Made by a program: the position numbers and the translations under genes. Positions 7,770 through 16,125 of a stretch of DNA of 64,000 bases are shown here, in pieces. Numbering within the stretch: the stretch's first letter is position 1; every line of letters starts with the position of its first letter. Below the pieces are notes generated by a model, which was not told the DNA's origin, searched no databases, and was given only the letters and a program-made list of their open reading frames with translations. This DNA comes from a virus, in IMG/VR virus record IMGVR_UViG_3300025913_000030, positions 1 through 64,000 of that record. One strand, written 5' to 3'.

Positions 7770-9521
7770 GTGACAGCAGTCGGCACCGTCCCACCGTCTG
7801 CCCGCGCCGAGGTCTCCGCCCCCGCAACCGGCTACCTCGCCGGGCAGAGCGCGGAAAACTTCGACCTCGAGGCCTACCTCGCCCGGTTCGACCCGAGGAT
7901 GCTCGCCACCCCCGAGGGCCGGCGCACCCTCACGCGCCTGGACCCGCTGCTCTGGGCCGTCATCTACTTCCGGCACCACCTCGTCGGCGAAGCGACCGGC
8001 GGCACGGTCGACTACGAGGAAGAAGACCTCGACTTCGACCCCGATCCTCTGGTTCCCGTCTCCCTCGAGGTCGCCCGCCACGCTGCGAAGCAGTGGCTTG
8101 ACAAGGTCACCTTCGCGGACGCGCACCTGGACTGGTGCCGGCAGGCGCGGCGCTGGATCATCAAGTCCAAGCGGCCCCGCCAGCACCGCGACGCCTACGT
8201 CGCGCCCCGCGAGATGGGCAAGTCCACCTGGTTCTTCCTGATCCTGCCGATGTGGGCCGCCGCCCACGGCCACAAGAAGTTCATCGCGGCCTTCTCCGAC
8301 TCCTCCGGCCAGGCCGAGACCCACCTGCAGACCTTCAAACACGAGCTCGACAACAACAAGCACCTGCGCAACGACTTCCCGAAGCTGTGCCAGCCGGCCG
8401 TCCGCAACCGCGGCGTCACCGCCTCGGACACCAAGGGCATGTACATCGCCGCATCCGGGTTCGTGTTCGCCGCCAAGGGCATCGACACCAGCTCGCTCGG
8501 CCTGAAGGTCGGCCGGCAGCGACCGGACCTCCTGCTGCTCGACGACATCGAGCCGGGCGAGGACAAATACTCCGAGTACCAGGTCGAGGGACGTCTCAAG
8601 ACCGTCACCGACGTCATCTTCCCGCTCTCCGAGTACGCCCGCGTCGTGATCGTCGGCACGGTCACCATGCCCGGCTCGATCGTCCACCAGCTCGTCAAGT
8701 CGGTGACCGAGGAACGGGAGGAGGCCGAGTCCTGGATCGCCGAGCAGAACATCCGCGTCCACTACTACCCGCCGATCGTCACCCGGGCCGACGGCACCGA
8801 GCGCTCGATCTGGCCGGCCAAGTGGTCGTTCGCGTTCCTCAGCGCGATCCGGCACACGCGCTCGTACCTGAAGAACTTCGCCAACTCGCCGCTCGGCGCC
8901 GACGGCGACTACTGGACGCTGGACGACTTCGCCTACGGCACGCTGCCCGCCACGACCAAGGTCCTGCTCTCCGTCGACCCGGCGGTCTCCACTGGCAAGA
9001 ACTCCGACTACACCGGATTGGCGATCGTGGCCTGGCAGCCGCCGGCCCAGCGCGCAGGCGCCCCGGCCGGGGACGCCGAGACGGTGCGCCGCCAGGTGGT
9101 CGGCAATCTCGGCCTGTGCGAAGTGCGCTACGCCGCCCAGGTCAAGCTGACCGGAGCGGCGCTGCGCACGAAGATCCTGCAGCTGCTCGAACAGCACCCC
9201 GAGATCGGCCTGGTCATCGTCGAGGACAACCAGGGCAAGGAGCTCTGGCTCGACATCCTGCACCATCTGCCGGTCAAGCTGCAGTGTTTCGAGCAGAGCG
9301 TGAAGAAGGAGGTGCGCGCGGCCGAGCTGCTCGCGCACTACCAGCGCGGCCGGGTCAAGCACGTCAAGCGCCTCGGCGCGCTGGAGGAGCAGATGGTCGC
9401 CTTCCCGAAGGCGAGCCATGACGACATGGTCGACGCGGTCGGCTCGGCGGTGTGCCGGTTCCTGCGACGCAAGCAGGCGAGCGGCCAGAAGGCATCCGGT
9501 CGCTCGCACTCCTACGCGTGA
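7770..9521 (+). CDS. terL: Terminase large subunit
   Basis: Walker A APREMGKS, Walker B LLLLDDIE, nuclease motifs SVDPA and HDDMVDA. Confidence 0.93.
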   Translation: MTAVGTVPPSARAEVSAPATGYLAGQSAENFDLEAYLARFDPRMLATPEGRRTLTRLDPLLWAVIYFRHHLVGEATGGTVDYEEEDLDFDPDPLVPVSLEVARHAAKQWLDKVTFADAHLDWCRQARRWIIKSKRPRQHRDAYVAPREMGKSTWFFLILPMWAAAHGHKKFIAAFSDSSGQAETHLQTFKHELDNNKHLRNDFPKLCQPAVRNRGVTASDTKGMYIAASGFVFAAKGIDTSSLGLKVGRQRPDLLLLDDIEPGEDKYSEYQVEGRLKTVTDVIFPLSEYARVVIVGTVTMPGSIVHQLVKSVTEEREEAESWIAEQNIRVHYYPPIVTRADGTERSIWPAKWSFAFLSAIRHTRSYLKNFANSPLGADGDYWTLDDFAYGTLPATTKVLLSVDPAVSTGKNSDYTGLAIVAWQPPAQRAGAPAGDAETVRRQVVGNLGLCEVRYAAQVKLTGAALRTKILQLLEQHPEIGLVIVEDNQGKELWLDILHHLPVKLQCFEQSVKKEVRAAELLAHYQRGRVKHVKRLGALEEQMVAFPKASHDDMVDAVGSAVCRFLRRKQASGQKASGRSHSYA

Positions 9522-9544
9522 CCTCAGCCGTTAGCCAGTCCTGG

Positions 9545-9931
9545 TCAGGCGGAGGACTTGGTCGAACGTCGGACGATCTTCGGCGGAGGTGGCGGAGTGT
9601 ACGGCGGCGCGTGCCGGCATTTGTCCCGACCCTTGTCACAGTCCTTGAGGTGGTTCTCGCGCAGTACGTCGACCACGGTCAGGAAGGCGCCCTCGGCCGC
9701 CCGGAACGTGCCGAAGACCTGGTGGGTGTCGGCGAACGCGAAGTCGTTGAAGACCAGCACGAATGGGAACTCGTGCCCACCCATCGGAATCAGGCGGTAA
9801 AGCGTGGCGAACGACTCGTCCGCGATCTGGTACTCGGCCTCGACGCGGTGCGTCGCCTCGTTGTCGAGCAGGTGCTGCAGCACTTCCTCGTCTGCAGGCG
9901 CTTCGGTTTCCGGGTAGTGGGCGACGATCAC
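9545..9931 (-). CDS. Hypothetical protein
   Basis: GTGA overlap with the upstream minus-strand gene. Confidence 0.5.
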   Translation of the reverse strand: MIVAHYPETEAPADEEVLQHLLDNEATHRVEAEYQIADESFATLYRLIPMGGHEFPFVLVFNDFAFADTHQVFGTFRAAEGAFLTVVDVLRENHLKDCDKGRDKCRHAPPYTPPPPPKIVRRSTKSSA

Positions 9932-10767
9932 TTCCCGGCCGCCTTCGGCTTGCGCAGCACGCGAGCCGACCAGGAGGCAGTCGGCACGGTCGCGTACTCG
10001 GGAAGCGAACCGGTCGCGTCGCCGTTGTCGTCGAACCAGGACACGCTCTCGGCCGTGAACCGTAAGCCGTCCATGAGCTCGTCGTAGTTGTTGCCGTGCC
10101 GGGTCATCAGCTTGCCCTCGTCGAGCACGCGGGCGCGGATCGTGATGCTGGCCCAGTTGCGATCGGTGTGGATTCCCAGACCCCGCCAGGCATAGGGGAG
10201 GTTGTTCGAGTACGCGAACGAGATCTCGTCGCCCGGCTTGATTTCCGAGGTCTGAATCCGCTCGGTGTAGCCGGCCGTCGTCTCTCGGGCCAGGATCCGT
10301 TCCTGCCTGGCGCGGCTCGCGTCCTGAGCGGCGACCTCGGCCGCGATCATGTCCTTCGGGTCCAGCTTGTCGTTGCCGGCGACGATGCGCATGATCGCTT
10401 GTGGCAGCGACTCGCCGTGCGTGTCCGGGAAGGCGAACATGGCATCGATCACGTCGTCGCCGTCCCAGGGCATGTCGATGCCCTCTTCCAGGATCTGGGC
10501 GAACAGCAGGGCCTTGGTCTTGCTGCGCACGTCGATGAACGGCACGGGGATGTGTCGGATGACGCCGGGAACGGCGACGCGCCAGTCTCCGTCGTCCTTG
10601 TAGCAGACCAGCCGGCCGCCGCGGCTGAGCATCAGCGTCGGATTGTCGGCGATGGCCTTGATCTGCGCCTCCCGGCTTTCGCGCTCCTCCCGGCCGCCCC
10701 TGAACATGGCCTCGGTCGGGTTACGCAGGTGCTCGCGGACGGCTTCGACGGTCGGGAACCGGTTCAC
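9928..10767 (-). CDS. Hypothetical protein (moron-like)
   Basis: GTG at 10767 with GGGGAG RBS, downstream of two motif copies. Confidence 0.65.
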   Translation of the reverse strand: MNRFPTVEAVREHLRNPTEAMFRGGREERESREAQIKAIADNPTLMLSRGGRLVCYKDDGDWRVAVPGVIRHIPVPFIDVRSKTKALLFAQILEEGIDMPWDGDDVIDAMFAFPDTHGESLPQAIMRIVAGNDKLDPKDMIAAEVAAQDASRARQERILARETTAGYTERIQTSEIKPGDEISFAYSNNLPYAWRGLGIHTDRNWASITIRARVLDEGKLMTRHGNNYDELMDGLRFTAESVSWFDDNGDATGSLPEYATVPTASWSARVLRKPKAAGK

Positions 10768-10788
10768 TGCTGCTCTCCCCTGGTCTTT

Positions 10789-10831
10789 GTGACTATGTGT
10801 CAATCATTCCGACCACGTGACTATTTGTCAA
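10789..10831 (-). promoter_or_regulatory. Promoter with two tandem 15-bp motifs
   Basis: TTGACAAATAGTCAC (10831-10817) forming TTGACA-N17-AATGAT, then TTGACACATAGTCAC (10803-10789). Confidence 0.75.
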
Positions 10832-10890
10832 GACAGGGCACAGACATGAAAGTCGGCGCAATCCCGGGGAGGAGGGACTGCGCCGACCGG

Positions 10891-10963
10891 TAGCGGGAAC
10901 GGGACTTGAACCCGTGACACAGCGATTATGAGCCGCCTGCTCTGCCGTCTGAGCTACCCCGCC
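10891..10963 (-). tRNA. tRNA-Met(CAT), probably elongator
   Basis: GGCGGGGTAGCTCAGACGGCAGAGCAGGCGGCTCATAATCGCTGTGTCACGGGTTCAAGTCCCGTTCCCGCTA forms a full cloverleaf with loop CTCATAA; CCA not encoded. Confidence 0.9.
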
Positions 10964-10965
10964 GG

Positions 10966-11053
10966 GTGCGGCTGGTGCCGTCTTCACGCGCCTCGCGGTA
11001 GCGCACTGAAGAGACCTGCGCCCAGACGAGGCGTCATCAGACACCAGCCGCGC
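10966..11053 (-). ncRNA. Candidate structured RNA upstream of tRNA-Met
   Basis: 12-bp closing stem GCGGCUGGUGUC/GGCACCAGCCGC encloses two hairpins; begins at the predicted TSS. Confidence 0.4.
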
Positions 11054-11057
11054 AACC

Positions 11058-11087
11058 ATCATCCGATGCGACGTGACTATTTGTCAA
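11058..11087 (-). promoter_or_regulatory. Promoter with the 15-bp motif
   Basis: TTGACAAATAGTCAC (11087-11073); TTGACA-N18-GATGAT. Confidence 0.7.
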
Positions 11088-11169
11088 CCTTGGTACCGGT
11101 TATGTCCGGTGATCGCCGCTCATGTCCGCTTTCGCTACCATGTCCACTGTCGTATGACAACAGGAGGAT

Positions 11170-12816
11170 ATGACCGTGGCCAGCCGAGCGGCGCGCGCTG
11201 CCAACCCGGACCTGATGGTCGGGCTGCAGCAGCTGGCCAACTCCCTGCCCGACTACCACCGCGCCGAAATGTATTACGAATGTACGATGCCTGAGTTCTT
11301 CGCGAGCATCAGGCTTCGACGGGCCCTGGAGCGCACAGGTGTCTCCTTCCGCTTCAACCTCGCCAGCACCCCGGTCGACACCATGGCCGACCGTTTGGAG
11401 ATCGCCTCCCTCACCTGCGCCGACCAGCATGTCGACGACGTACTGCAGGAGATCTGGGCGCACAACCTGATGGACCTGACGGCCGGAAGCCTGCACCTGC
11501 GCACAGGCGAATTCGGCGACGCGTACGTCATCGTCTGGCCCTCGGCCGCGGACAGCGACGACGATCCGGAGCTGGCCAACGACACCAACGACGCCGAGAT
11601 CCAACACAGCCGCAAGGAGCTGGCGACCCGCCGCCCGGACGGCGCCGCGGACGATGTCAACACCAAGGTAGACATCTTCTACAACTCGCCGAAGACGACC
11701 CGGATCATCTACGACGCGGAGAACCCACGCGTCAAGCGGTTCGCGATCAAGAAGTGGACCGAGCCCGGACCGCTGGGCACCGCGTCCAAGCCGCGCAACC
11801 GGGTCAACCTGTACTACCGGGACCGGATCGAGAAGTACATCTCGGCGCCCAACTCCAAGGGAAACCAGCTCAAGGACTGGCTGCTGTACGAGGACGACGG
11901 CGACGAGGGCTGGCCGATCGAGAACCCGTACGGCCAGATCCCCGTGTTCCACTTCAGGACCGACCTGCCCTACGGCACGCCCGAGCACCGCGCCGCCTAC
12001 GGGCCGCAGGACGCCATCAACAAACTGATCATCACGCACACCGCGACGATCGACTACCACGGCTTCCCGCAGCGCTACGTCCTGTCCGAGGCCGGCAACC
12101 AGTCCGACGAGCTGGCCGACTTCGACGCCGACGACGACATCAACCGGTTCGAGGACACCGGCCACGACTCGACACTGCGCAGCGGCCCCGGCGAGGTGTG
12201 GTGGCTCAACGGGGTCAAGCAGGCCGGCCAGTTCACACCACCGAACCCTGAGATCTTCCTCGCCCCGCTCGACACCTACATCCGGATGATGGCCCAGGTC
12301 ACCCGGACGCCGCTGCACTACTTCGACCCGCAGGTCTACTCCCGCCTGGCCCCGTCCGGAGAGTCGATCCGGGCCAGCGAGGTCCCGCTGCTGAAGAAGG
12401 TGCGCAAGCGCCAGATTAGCTACGGCTCGACCTGGCTGGAGGTCTTCGACTTCGCCCTGAAGGTCGCGGGCGTGGACAGCGACCCGGACATCGCGCTGCG
12501 CTGGATCCCGGCCGCCACGATCGACGACGCCGCCGGCTGGTCGATGATCCAGGCCAAACAGCAGGCCGGCGTCCCTGTGCGCCAGACCCTGCTCGAGGCC
12601 GGCTACGACCCGGACATGGTCGATTCCTGGCTGGTGAACGGTGAAGGCCTCGAGCAGCGCGTCGACCTGCTCGTCAAGATCGCCGCAGCGGCCCAGCAGC
12701 TGGGCACCGCGACCGGCTTCGGCGTCTTGGACGCGGCCGACGTCAACAAGGTGATCATGACCGTGCTGAACCTGAGCGACAGCTCCCACGAGGAACTCAC
12801 AGTAGGGACCGCCTGA
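11170..12816 (+). CDS. Portal protein (SPP1 gp6-like)
   Basis: Follows terL; RFNLA..VDT.ADRL, GDAYVIVW, NPYGQIPVFHF and QDAINK motifs; AGGAGG RBS. Confidence 0.9.
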   Translation: MTVASRAARAANPDLMVGLQQLANSLPDYHRAEMYYECTMPEFFASIRLRRALERTGVSFRFNLASTPVDTMADRLEIASLTCADQHVDDVLQEIWAHNLMDLTAGSLHLRTGEFGDAYVIVWPSAADSDDDPELANDTNDAEIQHSRKELATRRPDGAADDVNTKVDIFYNSPKTTRIIYDAENPRVKRFAIKKWTEPGPLGTASKPRNRVNLYYRDRIEKYISAPNSKGNQLKDWLLYEDDGDEGWPIENPYGQIPVFHFRTDLPYGTPEHRAAYGPQDAINKLIITHTATIDYHGFPQRYVLSEAGNQSDELADFDADDDINRFEDTGHDSTLRSGPGEVWWLNGVKQAGQFTPPNPEIFLAPLDTYIRMMAQVTRTPLHYFDPQVYSRLAPSGESIRASEVPLLKKVRKRQISYGSTWLEVFDFALKVAGVDSDPDIALRWIPAATIDDAAGWSMIQAKQQAGVPVRQTLLEAGYDPDMVDSWLVNGEGLEQRVDLLVKIAAAAQQLGTATGFGVLDAADVNKVIMTVLNLSDSSHEELTVGTA

Positions 12817-13007
12817 TGGCCGCAGCGAAGAAGAGCCCTGCCAAGAAGGTCGCCAAGGGCGCGAAGGTGGTCGATCCGAAGGGCAAGCCCGGGACCGTCG
12901 TCGGCACCGCGGGAATGATCGCCAAGGTCCGGCACACCGATGGCAGCACCGACACTCACCCGATGGGCGCGCTGAAGAAGTCCGCCGCCAAGAAGAAGGG
13001 CAAGTGA
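12816..13007 (+). CDS. Small Lys/Ala-rich protein
   Basis: TGATG overlap; AAKKSPAKK and SAAKKKGK tails. Confidence 0.6.
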   Translation: MAAAKKSPAKKVAKGAKVVDPKGKPGTVVGTAGMIAKVRHTDGSTDTHPMGALKKSAAKKKGK

Positions 13008-13204
13008 CCATGACCCGCAAGGCGCCTGCGCACGCATACGGCAACGTCAAGGGAGCGCGCTCCGTCCCGGCGATGAAGACCGACGCCCTCGGGCGCGCCA
13101 AGGCGAAGGCGCCCTCGGCCGCCGAGCCCGCCGGGCACGTCGTCGCACCGGCCGCGCCCGTGCGCCGGGTCACCGCCAAGACCATGGGCAAGCGCCTGAA
13201 GTGA
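13004..13204 (+). CDS. Small basic protein
   Basis: GTGA overlaps on both sides. Confidence 0.5.
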   Translation: MTMTRKAPAHAYGNVKGARSVPAMKTDALGRAKAKAPSAAEPAGHVVAPAAPVRRVTAKTMGKRLK

Positions 13205-14292
13205 CCTCCGACCCGACCGGGGGATCGGGCGCGCCTGAGTCCCCCGGTCCCGTCACCGGGGCCGTGTTCGCGGCAACCGCCGGCTATTCGGCCGCTCTGA
13301 TCGACCTGGAGGAGCAGGCGGCGCAAGTCGCCTCTGCTCCGCTGCGCGCCCGGATCGCCGAGATCCTGCGCCGCCTCACCGCGCTCTACACCTCTCTGGC
13401 CGGCTCCCCCGACGCACCGCTTCCGCCGCAGCACGCGGCGCAGCTGCTGACCGAGCTCGCTTCCGAACTGGGCTCGCTGCGCGGCATCGACCCCTCGCCG
13501 GTCGTCGCCGACTTCGCCTCCCGCGCCTATCACGCGGCCGTCGCCTTTTCCCAGGAGCAGCTCGGGCTGCTGGCCGTCGACCGCCTGCCCGGCGCGCTCG
13601 CCGACGACGCTCTGAACCAGGCCCTGGACTCGCTGCCCGGCAGCGTGGCCGAACGCATCGACGACGCGTTGCACTTCGCGCAGCAGTCCCTGGCCACGGA
13701 CCTGCGTTCCGCGGTCCTGCAGCCGGTCGCGAAGGCGAACCAGGCTGCGAACACAGCCGAAGCGGCGGCGCGCTGGGCGGTCAACCGGGCCGCCAACAGC
13801 GGCGCCGCCGACAGCGCGGCGCAGGCCGGGGCGTTCCTGCTCTGGGCCGGCGAGCCGACCGCGTGTGTCCACTGTGCCGCCCATATCGGCCACTACGTGC
13901 GCCCTGGCGACTCCTTCCCGCTCGGTCTCACCTTCGGTGACAGTGCCCTGACGCCGTGGCCGGACCCCGAGCGGCTCGACGGGCCGCCACTGCACCCGAA
14001 CTGCCGGTGCAGACTGATCCCGTGGCTCGGCCCGGTGGCGCTGCACCCCGTCGACACTGCGATCTACAACCGCCCCGGCCTGCAGAACCAGGTCGACCTC
14101 GCGGCGGCGATGCGCCGGGAGGCCAAGCGCGCGATCCTGCGCGGCTGGTCGCTGCCCAGCGAGTCGGAAAAGGTGCGGCTGCGCGCGGCGGACCGGCTGC
14201 TGCGCAAGGGGGCGGGGCTGCCGAAGACGGTCGAGGCACGGGCGCGCAAAGCGGTGCACGCCAAGCACTTCCCTGACAGACACATAAGATAA
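13201..14292 (+). CDS. MuF/SPP1 gp7-like head morphogenesis protein
   Basis: ACVHC and PPLHPNCRC motifs; follows the portal. Confidence 0.85.
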   Translation: MTSDPTGGSGAPESPGPVTGAVFAATAGYSAALIDLEEQAAQVASAPLRARIAEILRRLTALYTSLAGSPDAPLPPQHAAQLLTELASELGSLRGIDPSPVVADFASRAYHAAVAFSQEQLGLLAVDRLPGALADDALNQALDSLPGSVAERIDDALHFAQQSLATDLRSAVLQPVAKANQAANTAEAAARWAVNRAANSGAADSAAQAGAFLLWAGEPTACVHCAAHIGHYVRPGDSFPLGLTFGDSALTPWPDPERLDGPPLHPNCRCRLIPWLGPVALHPVDTAIYNRPGLQNQVDLAAAMRREAKRAILRGWSLPSESEKVRLRAADRLLRKGAGLPKTVEARARKAVHAKHFPDRHIR

Positions 14293-14350
14293 GCACTTTT
14301 GTGTACAGTTCTTGACAACGTCCCCGCTCTCCGTGATGGAGGAAACGAAC

Positions 14351-15076
14351 ATGCGCGACTGCCTCTTCGGCGACGCACCCCTGACCCTGCTCGGCGTGAC
14401 CGGTTCCGGGTTCCCCGTCTACGCCCTGGCCGGCGCCGAGCCGGACGACGAGATCGAGGTCGAGCCCGACGACGAGGGCGCTGAGACCGAGGTCGAGGAG
14501 GAGGGCGACGGCGGCGAATCCGGCTCGGGTGACGACGAGAAGGAGAAGCTGCGCGCCCAGTTGAAGAAGGCCAACGGCGAGGCGGCCAGGTACCGCCGCG
14601 AGCTGCGCGAGCTGAAGAAGCAGGCCACGGAGGAGGCGACCGAGGAGGTCGAGACCGCCGCGGAGGAGAAGGGCAGCGAGCTCACCCCCGCCCAGCTCAA
14701 GCGCGCCGTCGACAAGGCCGTGAAGGCAGCCACCGAGGCGGCCGAGACCAAGTACCGCAAGGTGGCGGTCAACGCCGCGGCGCAGTCCGCCTTCGTCAAG
14801 GCCGGCGCGAAGGCCGCGTCCGTCGGCAAGCTGGTGCGCCTGCTGGACACCGAGGACGTGGAGATCGACGCCGAGACCGGCGAGGTCACGTCAGGACTCG
14901 ACGACCAGATCGAAGCCCTCAAGGACGAGTTCCCCGAGCTGTTCGGTCCGGTCGAGGCGGCCAAGCCGAAGCCAAAGCCGAAGCGCGCCGCCGCCGCTCC
15001 CCGCCCCGAGGCCGAGCCGCAGCCCTTGAGCTCGGCCGAGAAGATCGCCGCGCAGCTCGGCATCGGCGCTCGCTGA
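14351..15076 (+). CDS. Capsid scaffolding protein
   Basis: Acidic N-terminal part, coiled coil ANGEAARYR, LKDEFPELF; GGAGG RBS. Confidence 0.85.
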   Translation: MRDCLFGDAPLTLLGVTGSGFPVYALAGAEPDDEIEVEPDDEGAETEVEEEGDGGESGSGDDEKEKLRAQLKKANGEAARYRRELRELKKQATEEATEEVETAAEEKGSELTPAQLKRAVDKAVKAATEAAETKYRKVAVNAAAQSAFVKAGAKAASVGKLVRLLDTEDVEIDAETGEVTSGLDDQIEALKDEFPELFGPVEAAKPKPKPKRAAAAPRPEAEPQPLSSAEKIAAQLGIGAR

Positions 15077-15077
15077 G

Positions 15078-15608
15078 ATGGACACCTCGGACAAGGTCGG
15101 GCAGTACGTCCTCGTCCGCACACGGGGCTTCTACCCGTCCGTCATCCGCTTCTTCTGCCTCAAGCGGCGCGGCTGGAAGGCCTTCTTCAGCCGCGCGTCG
15201 CGCTCCCGCTTCGACCACGTCGCCGTGGTCGTCGGGCCCGGCGGACAGATCGTCGAGGCCGAACCGGGCGGCGCGCGCCGATCCAACCTGTCCGAATATG
15301 ACGGGTACGAGCTCCGCTTCTCCAGCGACCCGCTCACCGACGATCAGCGCGCGAAGATCGTGGAGAAGGCCGACTGGTACGTCGACAACCACATCCCATA
15401 CGGCTGGACGGACATCGCCGGGCTCGCCGTCCGCTGCCTGGACTCGGACGACTACGTCCTGATCCGCCGGGCCGACCAACAGCGCGCCGCGATCTGCTCC
15501 CAGTTGGCCGCGGTGTGCGGCGAGTACGCGGGCGTGACGGCGTGGATGTGCGGGCAGCAGCTCGCGGCCGGGGTCACGCCCGCGATGATGGACGCGCGCC
15601 TCGGATGA
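15078..15608 (+). CDS. Permuted papain-like (NlpC/P60, YiiX/YebB-type) cysteine hydrolase
   Basis: His precedes Cys: FDHVAVV...IVEA...PYG...ICSQLA...VTP. Confidence 0.8.
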   Translation: MDTSDKVGQYVLVRTRGFYPSVIRFFCLKRRGWKAFFSRASRSRFDHVAVVVGPGGQIVEAEPGGARRSNLSEYDGYELRFSSDPLTDDQRAKIVEKADWYVDNHIPYGWTDIAGLAVRCLDSDDYVLIRRADQQRAAICSQLAAVCGEYAGVTAWMCGQQLAAGVTPAMMDARLG

Positions 15609-15997
15609 CGCTGCGCATCTCAACCCAGCTGCGGGGCCGGATCGTGCGCGACTGCCTGACACGGCGCCCGATCGAGGCCTGCGGCGTGGTCTCGGCCAAG
15701 GGGCGGTTCATCCCGCTGGCCAACGCCTCCGACGACCCGTCGCTGTTCTCCTTCCACCCCGAAGAACAGCTGCGCGTCTGGCAGGAGCTCGACGCGGCCG
15801 GCGACCGCGTGGACGTGGTCTACCACTCCCACCCCCGCACGCCGGCCGCCCCCTCCCGGACCGACATCGCATTCGCCGCGTACCCGGACGTGCACTACGT
15901 CATCGTCGGCCTGGCCGATCCGGACAACCCCGAGTTCCGGTCCTGGCACATCGAGGACGGCCAGGCGGACGAGGAAACCGTCTTATTCTGGTGTTGA
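15605..15997 (+). CDS. JAB/MPN+ (M67, Mec-like) metalloprotease
   Basis: EACG plus a complete JAMM motif YHSHPRTPAAPSRTD. Confidence 0.9.
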   Translation: MTLRISTQLRGRIVRDCLTRRPIEACGVVSAKGRFIPLANASDDPSLFSFHPEEQLRVWQELDAAGDRVDVVYHSHPRTPAAPSRTDIAFAAYPDVHYVIVGLADPDNPEFRSWHIEDGQADEETVLFWC

Positions 15998-16125
15998 CAA
16001 AAGAGCAGTGATACCTTAATACCGGCGCGGACAGGTATCCGCAGCCACGCTGGGTCCGAGATGGGCCGACCGCTTGGCCCGCGATGGGCCGAAACCCCAT
16101 CCGAACCCAGCGAAAAGGCCACTCA

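Noticed and set aside
10891-10963. attL/attR prophage boundary at a tRNA
   Set aside because: Phage genes continue on both sides of each tRNA, and I saw no duplicated tRNA 3' end or integrase.
10966-11053. Hammerhead ribozyme (CUGAUGA in a three-way junction)
   Set aside because: The required GAAA after stem II and the UH cleavage site are absent (CAGG is found instead). It is kept only as a generic structured RNA.
11077-14352. 1091-aa minus-strand ORF (likewise 7749-9509, 25831-28401, 56448-58181 and 44859-46259)
   Set aside because: These lie antisense to portal/MuF, terL, tape measure, polA and Ro60. Long stop-free shadow frames are expected at this GC content and show no motifs.
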